From Albugo candida (Eukaryota): DNA of 64,000 nt. Both the position numbers and the translations under genes were made by a program. Positions 23,027 through 36,139 of this stretch are shown here, in pieces. How positions within the stretch are numbered: position 1 is the stretch's first letter; each line of letters begins with the position of its first letter. The notes under the pieces are model-generated. The model did not search any database. It worked only from the letters and a program-made list of their open reading frames with translations, and was not told the DNA's origin. Location: contig JBDOQK010000005.1 of NCBI GenBank assembly GCA_040437565.1, positions 1 through 64,000 of the forward strand, written 5' to 3'.

Positions 23027-26000
23027 TTATAACCGACTGTTCGGACGAGGAGCCGACAACACGGCAGTGCATTTATATGTTACAAAGTGCGTTAAGTCAT
23101 GGCTTTCGTACATCTTCTTAGATCTTCCTCAGTGAAATATTGGATTAAAGTGAACAAGCTCCTGAAGCAATGAGAGACTGTTCCGTGACAGTGTCGCGCC
23201 GCGAGTTTTTTCAACTCTCTCCACTAATGCTCCTACGGGATCAATTCGAAAACCAAATCTTTTTTCTCTTCCGAAACAAAAAACTTCGTCAGGCCGCAAA
23301 GATTTTCTTTCGTCTTGATCTTGTCCTCCTGAATGTCTGCATCGCACGCCAAGAAGCCAGCTTTTTGCCAAGAAGTCTAATTGCTGAATAAGATATGACT
23401 GAGTTAATCGTCCGATACATTATAATGCGAATAAATGTAATATGTGTCCCTTCGTATACCTCATCATCATTATCCACTTCATTTCCAGCGCAAAGTCAAA
23501 AGGGTGTGCAGCCATTATGTTTGCTTTGGTTTTGGTAAATTCCTGGCTCTCAGCAAGTCAACGATCGACGGTCCAGGTCGGCACGAAGAGAAGTTTTGCA
23601 GGAATTAAATGCATTATATGAAGCTGTCGTAGACTCTTACAGATTCTTCCATGTGGGACATTTTACGGCAACGCTGAAATGGCCTTGTCTGTATCTTGCT
23701 AGTGCTAAGCGATGACAAGCTCAGAAACCATCTCATGGTGGTATATGGAAAAAGTTATTGTTGTATAAAGCAGATACAATAAGAATTTTCATCGTGCAGT
23801 TATTGCGTTTTCAATGCTAGGAGTCGAGCAACCCTTGTGTTGTCGGTGCTTGTAGCAGATAGGACTTGTTCAGGAGTGCACGAGTACAACTGAGTGAGGC
23901 TAATAACTTGTGCAGCATTACTGCTGATAGTTACTCTTATCTCGAATGCATTATTAAAAACTATATGGTTAATAGTGCGAATCTGACAAACTACTTCTGA
24001 TGTTCTTCGAACCATTGCACACGAGTTCACCCTTTAGCGACCACCATAATCGAATTCATGTGAAGCCCCCATATTGTTCTTGCGATTGAAGATATCTGCG
24101 CAAGATGAGCAATATCTGTGGCCTCCTTTCAGGAACAATTCTTTTAGGTGGCCCGAACATAGCGTTCTTCTACAATGCACACGATAAAAAAAGCAGGCTC
24201 AGAGGATACCATTCTAGAGAACTTGCTGATGAAAAAAATATCTGTTACTAACAGAAAATTGTATTGTTTTCAACGTCATGGCTATCTCTACCATCTGAAT
24301 GGCATCGATCTAGGAGGCGGCATTGTAAGATATGTCCAATTTTGCGTCTTGTTGTGTTCATATAATAGACGCACTTTGTCTTCCCACAATAAGTTCTAAG
24401 ACGGGTATTGTAATATCAAGCGCTAACTTCCAACCTGCACATGTCATCCCGTGACGTTGTCCGCGTGCAAAATAATAAAATGTTGAAATATTGCATTACG
24501 CTAGAGTTCTAAGTATTCCAACATAGTAATGAGTGAGGCTTTGATGAAATTCCAGCGTTCTGGTCTGAAATGTGAATGATGGAGTCCTTCATTGTCTATT
24601 CAAGCCTAAAGGCTCAGATAATTCACTTTATTCTGAAACTAGCAGTCTAGTGATACAGACAAGGAGTCAAAGCTTGCTTCAAGTTAGCCAAGAAAAGTGA
24701 TGAATAACATTCTCGATATTTGCAGCATCTCAAATCGATGCAAAATGTGAGTCGACTGAGCGATTTAGATGCAGCACTTGTATTGACGAGCACGCGATCT
24801 CTGTCGCTTTACTGTATCGGGCGACGATCCTTATTGAACCTCACCAATCATAAGTTCAAGAATCAAATTAGGTGAGCCTCCACAACTCAATTTGTTTGAT
24901 CACTGACTACGTATTAGTCTGACATTCTGACCGCAGGATCTCAACTACGCCTTTCTATATCGACATAATGATCACATTACTTCTACCGCAACAATCATAA
25001 CATCGAACGAAGAGTAGGCTATCCAAAGGTATAGACATTCTCAGCGACGATATAGACGGCGAAGAATCTGGCTTGAGGGTAAACACTGTTGATGTTACCT
25101 TTTACTGACGTGTACGGGCGATATTTGTGATCTGATATCTTTCAGTACGTCATATGTTGTCTGAGCATCAAACAACTAGCTTTTTCTGTGGAGAAGTGAA
25201 AACAATTCTGAGAATAGCAATTTTGAGTCATAGTGCATCAGGAGCTCGTTCCATTATAGGATGGGAAAAGTACGAGTTTCGCAGGTTGCAGCTAATCTCT
25301 CTAGAAGTGCTCGTACCCTAAAATTCTTGGTTTGACCATTTCTGCTTCGCAGGTATCATACGACTATTCAGCCAGCTTAGAACAACCCATTCGATCACGA
25401 TACCGAAGCAGGAAAAAGAGTGTTCATACCAGAATTTGAGATGAGTTTGACTTTGTACGTGAACCGAGGAGGTTGACTGACCAGTGCAAAAATAATATTA
25501 TCACGCGTTTGACACTGTATCCGGATATCTGTAGAAGTCATTCAACATTAATAGTCAGTAGAAATAGTTTTGTCACCAATCAAGGTTGGAATTGTGTTAG
25601 CTTAGTGAGAAATGAAAACCTTAGTCTGCCTTCATAGGGCAGAAACAGACACATTTTACTTTGAAGGAAAGCCACCATTTCATCATGTTTTAGCGAATGT
25701 GATGGCCGGTATGAACAGAGTATGCCTTATTACTCCAATGTTGTCACGCGATCCCATACAGAATGGTTTGGGTACGCTTGTATGCATGCAAAGCAATCTA
25801 TTAGAGTATCCACAGGAATATTAACCGACTTTAGGCCTCTATGAGCAGAGATGTACTTTATTTCTGTGTTCTTGTACAATCTCGGTTGCTGCATTTTTTC
25901 TCAGCAATACCTTGAAGACGCATAGGCGAACACATATTAGAAAGCAAAATTACGCAGATTAACGGCTGATCTTGTGGACGCTTCACACGTTTTGAATGAA

Positions 26001-26459
26001 ATTGATATTCTGGGCTTTATGTGATCTTCCGATATTACTTTGCTCGCGCATATATCCTGACCATCGCTGGTAGCGGACAAAAAAGTCTGCTCGAGCTTTC
26101 AATGATCATGGAACGCCTTTTTTTTATATTGTAAAGTGTCTCGACATCAGTAAAACAATAACCGAATACCCTTTCCCTTATGCATCAATCAATATTACAT
26201 AAAGGAACGGATTTGCTGTCTGACAATATAGTGTAAGCACTCAGCGAAACAGTTTCCTATTGAATTACATGCCACAAATGTAATCTCACTCACCCATTTC
26301 ATAGCTTTCAGGAAATCATTACGACTTATCCAGGGTTGAACCGTACGAGCGATAAGAAGATCAGCTATTTCGTCGTCATTATACATAAATGGTACAATAG
26401 GAGACGAGAAATGCTGCGACTACCGCAGGCATCTTGGACCTAACATCAGATCGATGTAA

Positions 26460-29150
26460 TCTATCTATCTTTATATTGCCTATAACGTATTGGAATCATG
26501 CGTCACGTAGATACTAGCCCATCACATTAGCATCTCCAATCACTCACTCATCTACCTTCAGATGCCTTATTTTTTCTTTTCCCCGCGTACGAATACATAC
26601 GAGCATGGCAGTAAGATATTTTTCAAAAGGGAGCCGCTATGGCCACAGACAAAACTACTACGGCCACAGACAATTGATTTAACCAATCACAAGCTCATTC
26701 ACTAGATATCCGCAGCACTCTCAGCAGGCACGGACATGGAGCAGCAGCAGAACGAGCAATTCACCGCGCGGAATACCATGGAAGAACATATGAATGTGGT
26801 AGCTGCTGCTGGAATCGTCACCAAGTCCTCATACAGGCAACGAGATGGACGATAAGTTGTTCGCTACAAATGCGATCGTGGAGGCGTAGATCGAAACCGT
26901 CACGGACTTGTCCAAGAAACAAGAGTTCGGAAGACGAATGGAAGTGCGCTCATTGGCTGTCCTTTCAAAGGTGTTGGGCAGGAGTCGAAAGGTAAAGCCA
27001 CGCATCATGGTTGAATGATTTCACCGAGAATTCAACGTTCTCATTAACAGTCTTCTCCCAATTACAGACGGCACCTGGTCCTTTATAATTACATGTAACG
27101 AGCATAACCACGAACCTTCCACCGCCAGGACCGCTCATCCTGTTCACACTCGCATCTCGGAGTCTCAAGAGGAAGAAATTGCTGGACTCTTTCAGTCTGA
27201 TCATGCTAGTGCAAGGCCAGCAATTGCAACTCACTAAGCGAAAGCTCTGAAATTTGAAGCAAAAGAATGCATTCAGTAAATTCGATGGACGCACTCCAAT
27301 GGATATGCTGTTCGCAACCTTCACGGACTTTGGCCTCGAAATAAATATCGAGAAAGATTCCGATGGGCGCATCGCACATTTGTTCTTCGCTCATTTGAAG
27401 AATGTGGAACTCCTAAGGAAGAACTGTGACGTCTTTTGCTAGATTGCATCTATAAGCAAGCAAGACGAGATTTCCTTGCTCCACGTTGCTGGAATACCAT
27501 GCTATATTCCACGTTCTCGGCGGCCTTCGTTTTCATGAAGAAAGAGGATGCTGACTCGTATGTTATTGCCATCAACTTCTTACGACGGCTTTTCCACGCC
27601 GACCATCAACCTAAAGTATTTGTTATTGACCGAAAGCTTGCTCTCATGAACGCTTTGCGGATAATTTTTCTTTTGGCAGCTATCCTGCTTTGAATTTGGC
27701 ACATTGAGAAGAACGTCGTCGCCAAATGCAAGATCCATTTTACTGGAAAGAATGATGAGTGGACAGCATTTTCGAAGGATTGGAGATCGGTAATCTGCCA
27801 TTTGTTTTTTGTGATCAGTGATTTTCATTCATGTTCTAAGTTATTCGTTGTCGTGCAGGTGGTTTACTTAAACACGATCGCGGAGTTCAATGAAAATTTA
27901 AAAATGTTACAGCTCATATGGACAGAACTCTACACGGAATCTGTGGAGTATCTAGCCAAGACGTGGATCGATCCCCACAAGGAGAAATCCGTTCGAGCAT
28001 GGACGAATTTGATTCGGCACTTCGGTCACACAGTCACTTCACACGGAGAAGGTGCCCACAGTGTCGTGAAAGAGTTCATCGCAAGCAGCATGGAAAATCT
28101 GTTTGGGTGTTACGAGCGGATAGTTCAGTCCATAAAAAGCTTTCAGATCGGGTTCACCACAGAACTGGAGAAGCAGCAAACGAATATTATACCTCTCGCG
28201 CAGCCGACCCCACGTGGTGAAATTTTTCAACATATCAACCGGAAGATCTCATACTACGCCCTTCGGAAAGTATTTGAACAGTAAGTTTATATTATTACTT
28301 TCTTCCTACGTATTTTTCCAATCACTTGAGTTTCGCACTGACAGCTGGAAAAAGCTTGACGTCCATTGGCAACCAGCGCGAAGCCATGCTCCTCTACTTT
28401 TTCTTCCATGTAGGGGATACCTTGCGAGCATCAGTTGCGGCAGATCATCGCAAGAAGGAGGAGGCTTGAATTGAGCGATTTCGATGTTCATTGGCACCTT
28501 CATCAACTCCCTGCAGTACGACCTCCAGTTGCAGGCCACCCAGATGATGCTTTGCCAGTCCTTTTCGAAACATTACGCGACAATTTCAGCAACCTACCTC
28601 GACACCAGAAAGAGGCAGTCTTGGACGATCTGGAAGAGATANNNNNNNNNNNNNNNNNNNNNNNNNNNNNNNNNNNNNNNNNNNNNNNNNNNNNNNNNNN
28701 NNNNNNNNNNNNNNNNNNNNNNNNNNNNNNNNNNNNNNNNNACGTACCTACGCTAGAACAATATAAACAAAAACAGCGTAAGAAACAGAATGAGCTTGTG
28801 TATAAAAGTATACAAGTGACCTGATTGGCTGGCATACTTAGCAACAATTCAATTTTGTGAGCTGTGATTGGTTAACTCAATTTTCTGTGGCCGTAATGGT
28901 TTTGTCTGTGGCCGTAGTATCAATGTCTGTGGCCATAGCGGCTCCCTTTTTGAAAAAGTACAGTTTTTTAAACGAAATTTTTCACTCGATTTTTCTAGAT
29001 GTCGTTTGATGTGATCATTTCTTTTCCATTGCGTACTATTTCGACGAAAGATCTACTCATTTCAAGTAACTAAATACGGTCACGAGCAGATTTGAATTCA
29101 GTCGTTAGAACACTGTAAGAGACAAGAAGGCGTCCGTTCGTGGCAACTAG
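26460..29150 (+). mobile_element. Possible non-autonomous Helitron hosting the MULE
   Basis: A|TCTATCTATCTTTATA 5' end and a GC-richer stretch ending in CTAG at 29150. The hairpin is weak and the 3' flank is not T. Confidence 0.25.
26629..28946 (+). mobile_element. MULE transposon with TIRs, TSD and an intron-containing transposase pseudogene
   Basis: TIRs GGGAGCCGCTATGGCCACAGAC / GTCTGTGGCCATAGCGGCTCCC; 10-bp TSD TTTTTCAAAA / TTTTTGAAAA. Motifs CDRGG..GCPF, HLFFAH, LDCIYK, VIDRKLALMNAL and HFGHTVTSHGEGAH. Confidence 0.95.
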
Positions 29151-30242
29151 GTCGTATCAAGAGCAATCTGAATCGATAGAGGATATATGAAAACTACTAC
29201 AGTATGTTTTCCGTATAGCCTATTGGCGATCTTTGAAGAAAGCTGTGTCTAGTGAAACAATTTTTGTACTTCCACTTCCGATGAAGTCTCTGTACGGTTA
29301 TGAGCTTATCACAATACTGCTTTATGTTCCTCCCCAAGCCTTCCTTTAGAAAATCAAGATTACAGCCACGCGCTCTTGATTGTAATTGGAGCTTCTTTGG
29401 ACATGGAAGCAACATTGCATCGGGACTTCAATTCGGAGGACGACTACATTTGCTACATTCATGTGTACTGAAACGGACATCATCTGATAATGCTCGATTT
29501 GGGGTGCATTTAGTAACGCCAAAAGTTTTGCTGGAGCAAAAGGATCAAGGCTTCCTTGGTTCTCTATGAGTCCCACTGACCCTTTAAGCACTAACAAAGT
29601 CTGAACCTCTATCAATTCTAGCATTCGATACTTGAAGTGGAATCAAGGGCTTGACTGGAACAGCACAGTGTCAGTTAGGGAATTCCATATTTTCTCTAGA
29701 TCTTTTCACTTCGGCATCATCGCTACTGATAAAAATCGGCAGTAGCACCAGTGACATCAGACTTATGTCTAAATGCAACAAAATGCGGCTTCGATTTAAT
29801 CAAGCTTGCCTCAGCGTGACTTTTATTTACTTTTACAGCCTTATCTTAGCCTATAACAGGCAGAACAAAGTATATAAATAAGTGTTTTCTGATGATCACA
29901 TTATCTAGAGCCATAGGAGACTATCCACGTGCTACAAGCCATCATCGATCAACTAAGATTTTAGTCATTGTAGCTTGATAAACAGGCATCTTATACAACA
30001 GTTCGATAGAGCTACTTTGCTTACCTTGATTCGAGGGGACATATCCTCAAGGAGATTGCTTGAACTCTCAACGATGCTTTCAATGGAGCAAGCATGAAAG
30101 TTCTAGTACTCATAGCTAGGTAGAGACGTCAACAGACTTACTATTTGACCCAAGCTACGAGCTACGAGTGCTACTGCTTTATCGATTAGATTCTCAGGTG
30201 TGTAGCACCAAACATAAACACAGTATTTCATTAGGTACAGTA

Positions 30243-31597
30243 CAGTAACCTACAAAAACTAAACGTTATTTTTAAATGACGGTTGAATTATCGCTTCAAC
30301 CTTGACAAGGAATTAATTTTTTGATGATCAAAGAGCCACAATAATTCTAAGAAACGCTCAAGGCTGACAATGAAGTCTATTAGAAGTCGTTGATACAGTA
30401 TTTATATTCAGGAATTGCATTGTTCGTCGAAAATGTGCGTGATATTGGGGGTGGTTCACCAGCGAGTTGCTCCACCCTTGGCGGCAAGAACAGCAGCAAT
30501 TCGCCTTGGCATTAACTCTACTAGGCATCTAAGCATCTCGAGGGATACCTTGCGGTATTCCTTATCAAGTATGGTAGCCATTTATTCGACGTTTTTTGGC
30601 CTGTCGCGGTTCCGGACGGCATCTTTTAGATTCTTCCAAATGATTTCGATGGGGTTGAGATCAGGACTTTGGGCAGGCCATTCTAGCTTTGCAAGCGACC
30701 GCTTATCACGCCATGTCTTCTCTGCACTACTATGGTGGACTGTCGCACCATCCTCCACAAGAATTACGTCTTTTTGTCATCCTGGTCGTCCATCCATGGC
30801 CCAAGGGCAGCGTCATAGATCATATTGACAAAGTCGGTGGAAGTGCGATGTTGGGGTGGCATGATGACCATCTGTAGGATCCTCTCACCAGCAAAAGCAC
30901 CCCAGATCATCACCGAGAACCGTCCTCTCTAAATGCTGGCGCCAAACACTCAAAATTGAACTTCTCATCCACGCGACGCCACAAAACAACCTAACGAGGA
31001 TTCTTGCCAATCTCAAAGGTGAACTCGTCGGTCCAAATGACCTTCTTCCAGTCCTCTACTGTCCAATTTTTGTATTTCTGAGCAAACTCCAGTCTCTCAA
31101 CCTTGTGTTTATTCGGCAAAAAAGGCTTCTTGGCAGCAATGCGGCTCTTGAAACCCATTTCATGGAGGGCGCTACGGATTGTGCCTGGCGATGCCGGAAT
31201 ATTCGCATTGTTCGCATTATTCGCAATTTCTGCTAGTGGCGCCCGCCGGTTTTGCACCACAGTGCGCCCAATAGACATGCGGTCACTTTATGAGAGCTTT
31301 GGTGGTCTTCCTCTCGACTTGGGAGCCCCACCGTACCCCTTTTACGCCAGTTCTGTAGCACTGTCATAATGGTTGACTGGGTGAACCCTGTTTGGGCAGC
31401 GATTTCCTGTTGTTTCAAGCCTGTCTGATGCAATCCGACAATGGTAGCTTTCTCCTCAGTGCTTGAACAACGTGTCTTCATATTTCACAAATGGTTTGAT
31501 GTCGGAAACACAAAGTAACATGGCTGGATAGTCCTCTTATCTTATCTTTTGTGGTGTGGATTTTAGAAATATAACATATACTTTTTGTAGGCTACTG
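30243..31597 (-). mobile_element. Tc1/mariner (DD34E-type) transposon with a frameshifted transposase (30456-31481)
   Basis: TA|CAGTAACCTACAAAAA...TTTTTGTAGGCTACTG|TA. Motifs KKPFL, WKKVIWTDE, EDGATVH and SPDLNPIEIIW. Confidence 0.95.
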
Positions 31598-32499
31598 TAC
31601 ATCATAGTTGCGCCGTGATTTGTATTTCAGGCAATCAATGCCGATAACTCCACATGAATGTGTTGATTCATTATTTCACGAAGACGTGAAGTAAAGCGCT
31701 GGTCACATTTGTTTAAAGGTAGATGGAAGAGTGGGCTGTGCTATTATATTGAGGAGCTTTTCCTCATTACCTGCTATTACCCAGAAGAATTGTAGACTTA
31801 ATAGCTACTTCTTGTTCGAAGGTGAAAAAACAGCGACCGTTGGCCGACTTTAGTGTGAATGCTAAGGGCTCATCGATCAAATCCACTCGGAACAAACTCT
31901 CAGCACTCACGGAGAATGCCAATGGAATTCATAATAATGGTCATCTTTTCCCCACCACGTCCTATCACAGAACTCCATTTGTTGTGATCCTAGCGAAACA
32001 CGAGATTTACCATCAAAATCCATTGGCATAATTCAATTTTTATAAATTTCAAAAGAGCAGCACAAAATGTTTTTCTATAACTCCAACAACGCTTTTCTAA
32101 TCTAATTCAAAATCGCAGTGGCGGTTTGATGACAATCTTTTTCTCGAACTCTCACTATACAAGTTATACAGCAGCTGAATAACTCACCTGGCGAAGAAAT
32201 CGAAAACGCTATTCGGTTTTGCGTCTTCTCCTTCACGATGCACCGGTGTATATTCGTAATGAATATGCATCGGTGAGGGCCGAAGAAAGATTGATTATCA
32301 CTGAGCTATTGCTTTCCAGCACCTTCGAATCGGCCGCAATACATCTCCTGTTTGGTGATTCCAATTCACCGCTCGACCCAGCTGTGGGTGGCTGAGCGAA
32401 AGAATTGACACGACCTAAAGTCGATTGACGTGTTTGAACGACTTTCGCAGTTGGGTGTGGTGGACACTTGCCCAATCCGATATCCGACTGACAGATTAT

Positions 32500-35350
32500 T
32501 TTCAGGACCAATAGTGCGCAAGAATCGAATAGATTATTGTCGAAGTGCTAGTTTATATGGTATGCGAATCCAACTCAAATAACGGCCTAAGTTTTTTAAT
32601 GTTCATTTCGACTATTTGAATATTCTCAAGTTGTCGAAACAATCAAACTGAAAGGGAATTCGATGCTACAACACTTTCTGGCAACATAGAATCCGGGAAA
32701 AGTCTGGAAACATTGGAAGACGAAAATCAAGAAGCAGCTTCAAGGAATTGAAGATAAGGTTGCGCATGATAGCCGACGTGATGATGATTCTACCCAGAAG
32801 CCGCAGCCACTCGATAACGCAATTATGACACCCCAATCAGCCACGGCATTTTACCAACAAGTCTCTAACGATTCAGCATTTCGGTCGCCAACAAGGCCGA
32901 ATACAGCCAAGGTAAGAGCTTCCAAGCTTTTTCGCCCTCCAGATGGTTCTTCCGTCCCGTGTTGATCGAATACGTGACCAAAAATGGGGTACCATGGTAT
33001 CGAGCACGAGGGAAACTATCGACGAATTTAGGGGTGTTGTCTTGGTTTCTCTCTATAGATCCGATGCCGACTCAGCTGCTCCATGTGAAAGAAACCGAAG
33101 AAGTCTACTGGACTTCATTCAAGTTTCTCTAGAGTTAGGAGAGAAAACCGTCCCTCAACTCATCTAAGTACAACCGAGATGGTCAAAGCGATCAAGCACA
33201 GGCGAATTAGTTCCTCTTTAGGTATGAATGGACTACCAATTACGTCTTATAAGCTTGATCCACGTAAGTTTGGCGAGTATTTGAAGATCGTGTTCGAGTT
33301 ATCAGATAAAAATAGATACATTACTTCGATCACAACGTCACTCGGCAATCACCTCGTTGTACAAAAAAGATCTCGAGGTGATCCTGGCCACTATCGACCG
33401 ATCGCACTACTTTTTGTCTGTGGTAAAGTACTTTCAAAGGTATTGCATCGATTGACACGTTTTTTGCCAAACTGATCTATCAAGATCAAAAAGCATTTGT
33501 GCGCGGAAGTTCGATGCATCACCACATTCAATATCTCAATAACGTCTAAGACTTGGTCACTCATAGTGGCGAAAACAGTATGCGACTTTTCTCGACTTTA
33601 AGAAATCTTATGGCCGACTTTATTGGACATACCTATTTCGCATTTTGGAAAAAAAAAGGATTTTGAAAAAAGTATCATCGACTGGGTTCGTCTTTCGTAC
33701 ACCGAAACGAGACACAGCTGATGATTAGTGGCAATACATCACAACGAGGTGTCAAAAAAAACGATCCTCTCTCAGCATTACTTTTCTTGATGACGATCGA
33801 ACCTTTGAAAATTTTACTTCGACAGCAAGAAGAACACGGCATCTGGATCAGTGCCATATCTGCCACATCTGAAGTATTGTTTGCGGACGATTCGACATTG
33901 CTTTCGAAAACACCAAATGGTGTTTTGACGCAGCTCGAACTCGTCCAACTCTATTGTGATGGATCTGGCGAAACTCAACTTGAGCAAAAAGCATCCTTGC
34001 TCTCGTTGAATTGGACCATGTCGTGTCCACGTATTCCCAATTTGACCATACGGGTCCGAAAGACATCGGCAGACATCGTCTCTGTGGCATTAAAATATGA
34101 ACGTGGACATATTAGTGGAGATTATTCGAAAGTGGCAATCGATGGTAAATCTATTTGTGCTTGGTCGAAACACTAAAAGATTAAAAACGTTCACCCAGTC
34201 AGCAAAGCCTTTTCTATTTTCGTCGACAAGATGGTAGACTACAAGTTCCTTTTTTGATAGGGAGACCGAGTTTACAACGCATTCATTTCCTACAGCACTT
34301 CTCATCCGATTCATCGACAATGATTCCTTCGAATTGGACAACTGTTTTGACGGAATTATTACAGCTAATCCAACCTTCTTTCGGTCCACACAAGCGGATG
34401 AACATACTCACCATCGCACCACATCGACAGGGATAAATGGTACAATGGAAGAGCATATCTTCTTGGTGGAATCACGCATTCAAAATGTGGCATCAGAGGA
34501 ATTGAAGCATTACAATTTCAGATCTGAATGTTCTCTAGCGCTGTCAGTACTAGATGAAAAACCCGATGTGGTTTCACTGCGACCAATAATTACATTATGG
34601 AGCTGCTACTCGAAACGAGTACGGAAAATGTTTGTTAAAATCTTGCTGAGTCGACTTTACAACGAACTCACTCAGATACTACAGCTTATCTACTCGACGA
34701 TTGAGCTCATCACTTGGATCCGACCGAAAAAATGTGGAAGACCTTCTATGTGGGAGTACAAAGAAAGGAGAGGAAAAATTATTTCCCATCTATTCCACGC
34801 TCTCAAATCTCACGAATCATCTCGATACCTCCCGAACCAACCAAGACTCATCGGATGCTGACACATTGGCCATCACGGGAGCTATCGGACGCAATGGTTT
34901 CGGAACGCGTTGGAACATTTAGGAATGCATGACGGCATCTTTGGAAACGTGTCGTACCCATTTCGAATATTTACATTTTCTTCTGGCCTTCCGGATGCTT
35001 CCAGTTCGATCTCGTTTCTGGTTTTTGAAGGATATTCAGCACTTTCCGTGATTTACACCGCATTTACTGCCCCTATTCGGTACTTTCGACGTCTTATTTA
35101 CGATCAGGATGTACGCAGTCTTCTTGCAGAGGTTCTGCTTCAACTTTCTACGCAAGAATCATTCGGCGGATATTTTGGGAACCGAAGATCTTTGCTGCGG
35201 GTCCACCACAGACAAGTCGAAATGCAAGTACAACTCCCATCCTAAGTCTAGTTGAATGGCATCGTTCAGTCTAGTGTGGCGCACACCAAATATGCAAAAC
35301 AAGGTACTTTTGAACAGCTCTTATATAAGTTACACGCTGGGCAGTCTCGT
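32500..35350 (+). mobile_element. Degenerate non-LTR retrotransposon (L1/Tx1-like ORF2 remnant); boundaries approximate
   Basis: Motifs HYRPIALL, DQKAFVRG, LDFKKSY, RGVKKNDPLSALLFL and LFADD, with many stops and frameshifts. Confidence 0.85.
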
Positions 35351-36139
35351 ATCGTGGTGTTGCTGAGGGTTCCGCAATATAAGACTACATGCGGGACACC
35401 TATAACCATCAACTCCTGATTTGCAGCCTATACTTCTAACGTGACAATAACTATTTGTCAGCCCATCAGGGTTAGTGTAGCTTAATGTCAAAACAAATTA
35501 TAATATATTTCTTGATTTTTTTTTTCGCGTTCACCTTTCAATTCTGATTTCACCCCGTCACTACCACCACAATGGCACCACTCAAAAACGTTCACAGCAG
35601 CTCAAACTGACCAGAGCATCGAAAAAAGTTCGAAATGAGGCTGTCAGAACGATATGCGACCCTAACATTTCTAATAGAGAACTTGGCCAAACTTCCTATT
35701 TCAATGAGCCATTTTTTTTGGCCTGCTGATATGGAGGTGGAGTTGAACGAAGATTTGAAGCTTGAGTTTGAAGAGGCTGAGGGTTTCACTGATAATGCAG
35801 CAGACTTTGCAGCACTAAAAATACACTTTATTTCGAACCGTCCGAGTCGGTACATTGGGAACTCGAGCCGTAATCGTCGACGAAAACGTGCAGAGAACCG
35901 CAATGCTGCACTTGGTTCTCGCCGACTCGAAACATACATTAATGTCCTCGTTATCGAGATACAACTTCAGGAACGCGTATCCAGCGTTATGGGTACATTC
36001 GATCCAATAGAGTTAGCAGACATATCAAACAAGTAGATGCGGAGTATATGACACGTCCATCAACGCTTTGTCCATCTGGACTACGATACTGTCGATCGTA
36101 TAGCAAAGATTACAGAACTAGAGATCGATATTGATGACC

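Noticed and set aside
24697..24760. C/D box snoRNA (GTGATGA...CTGA)
   Set aside because: No terminal stem or recognisable rRNA guide; such motifs arise by chance.
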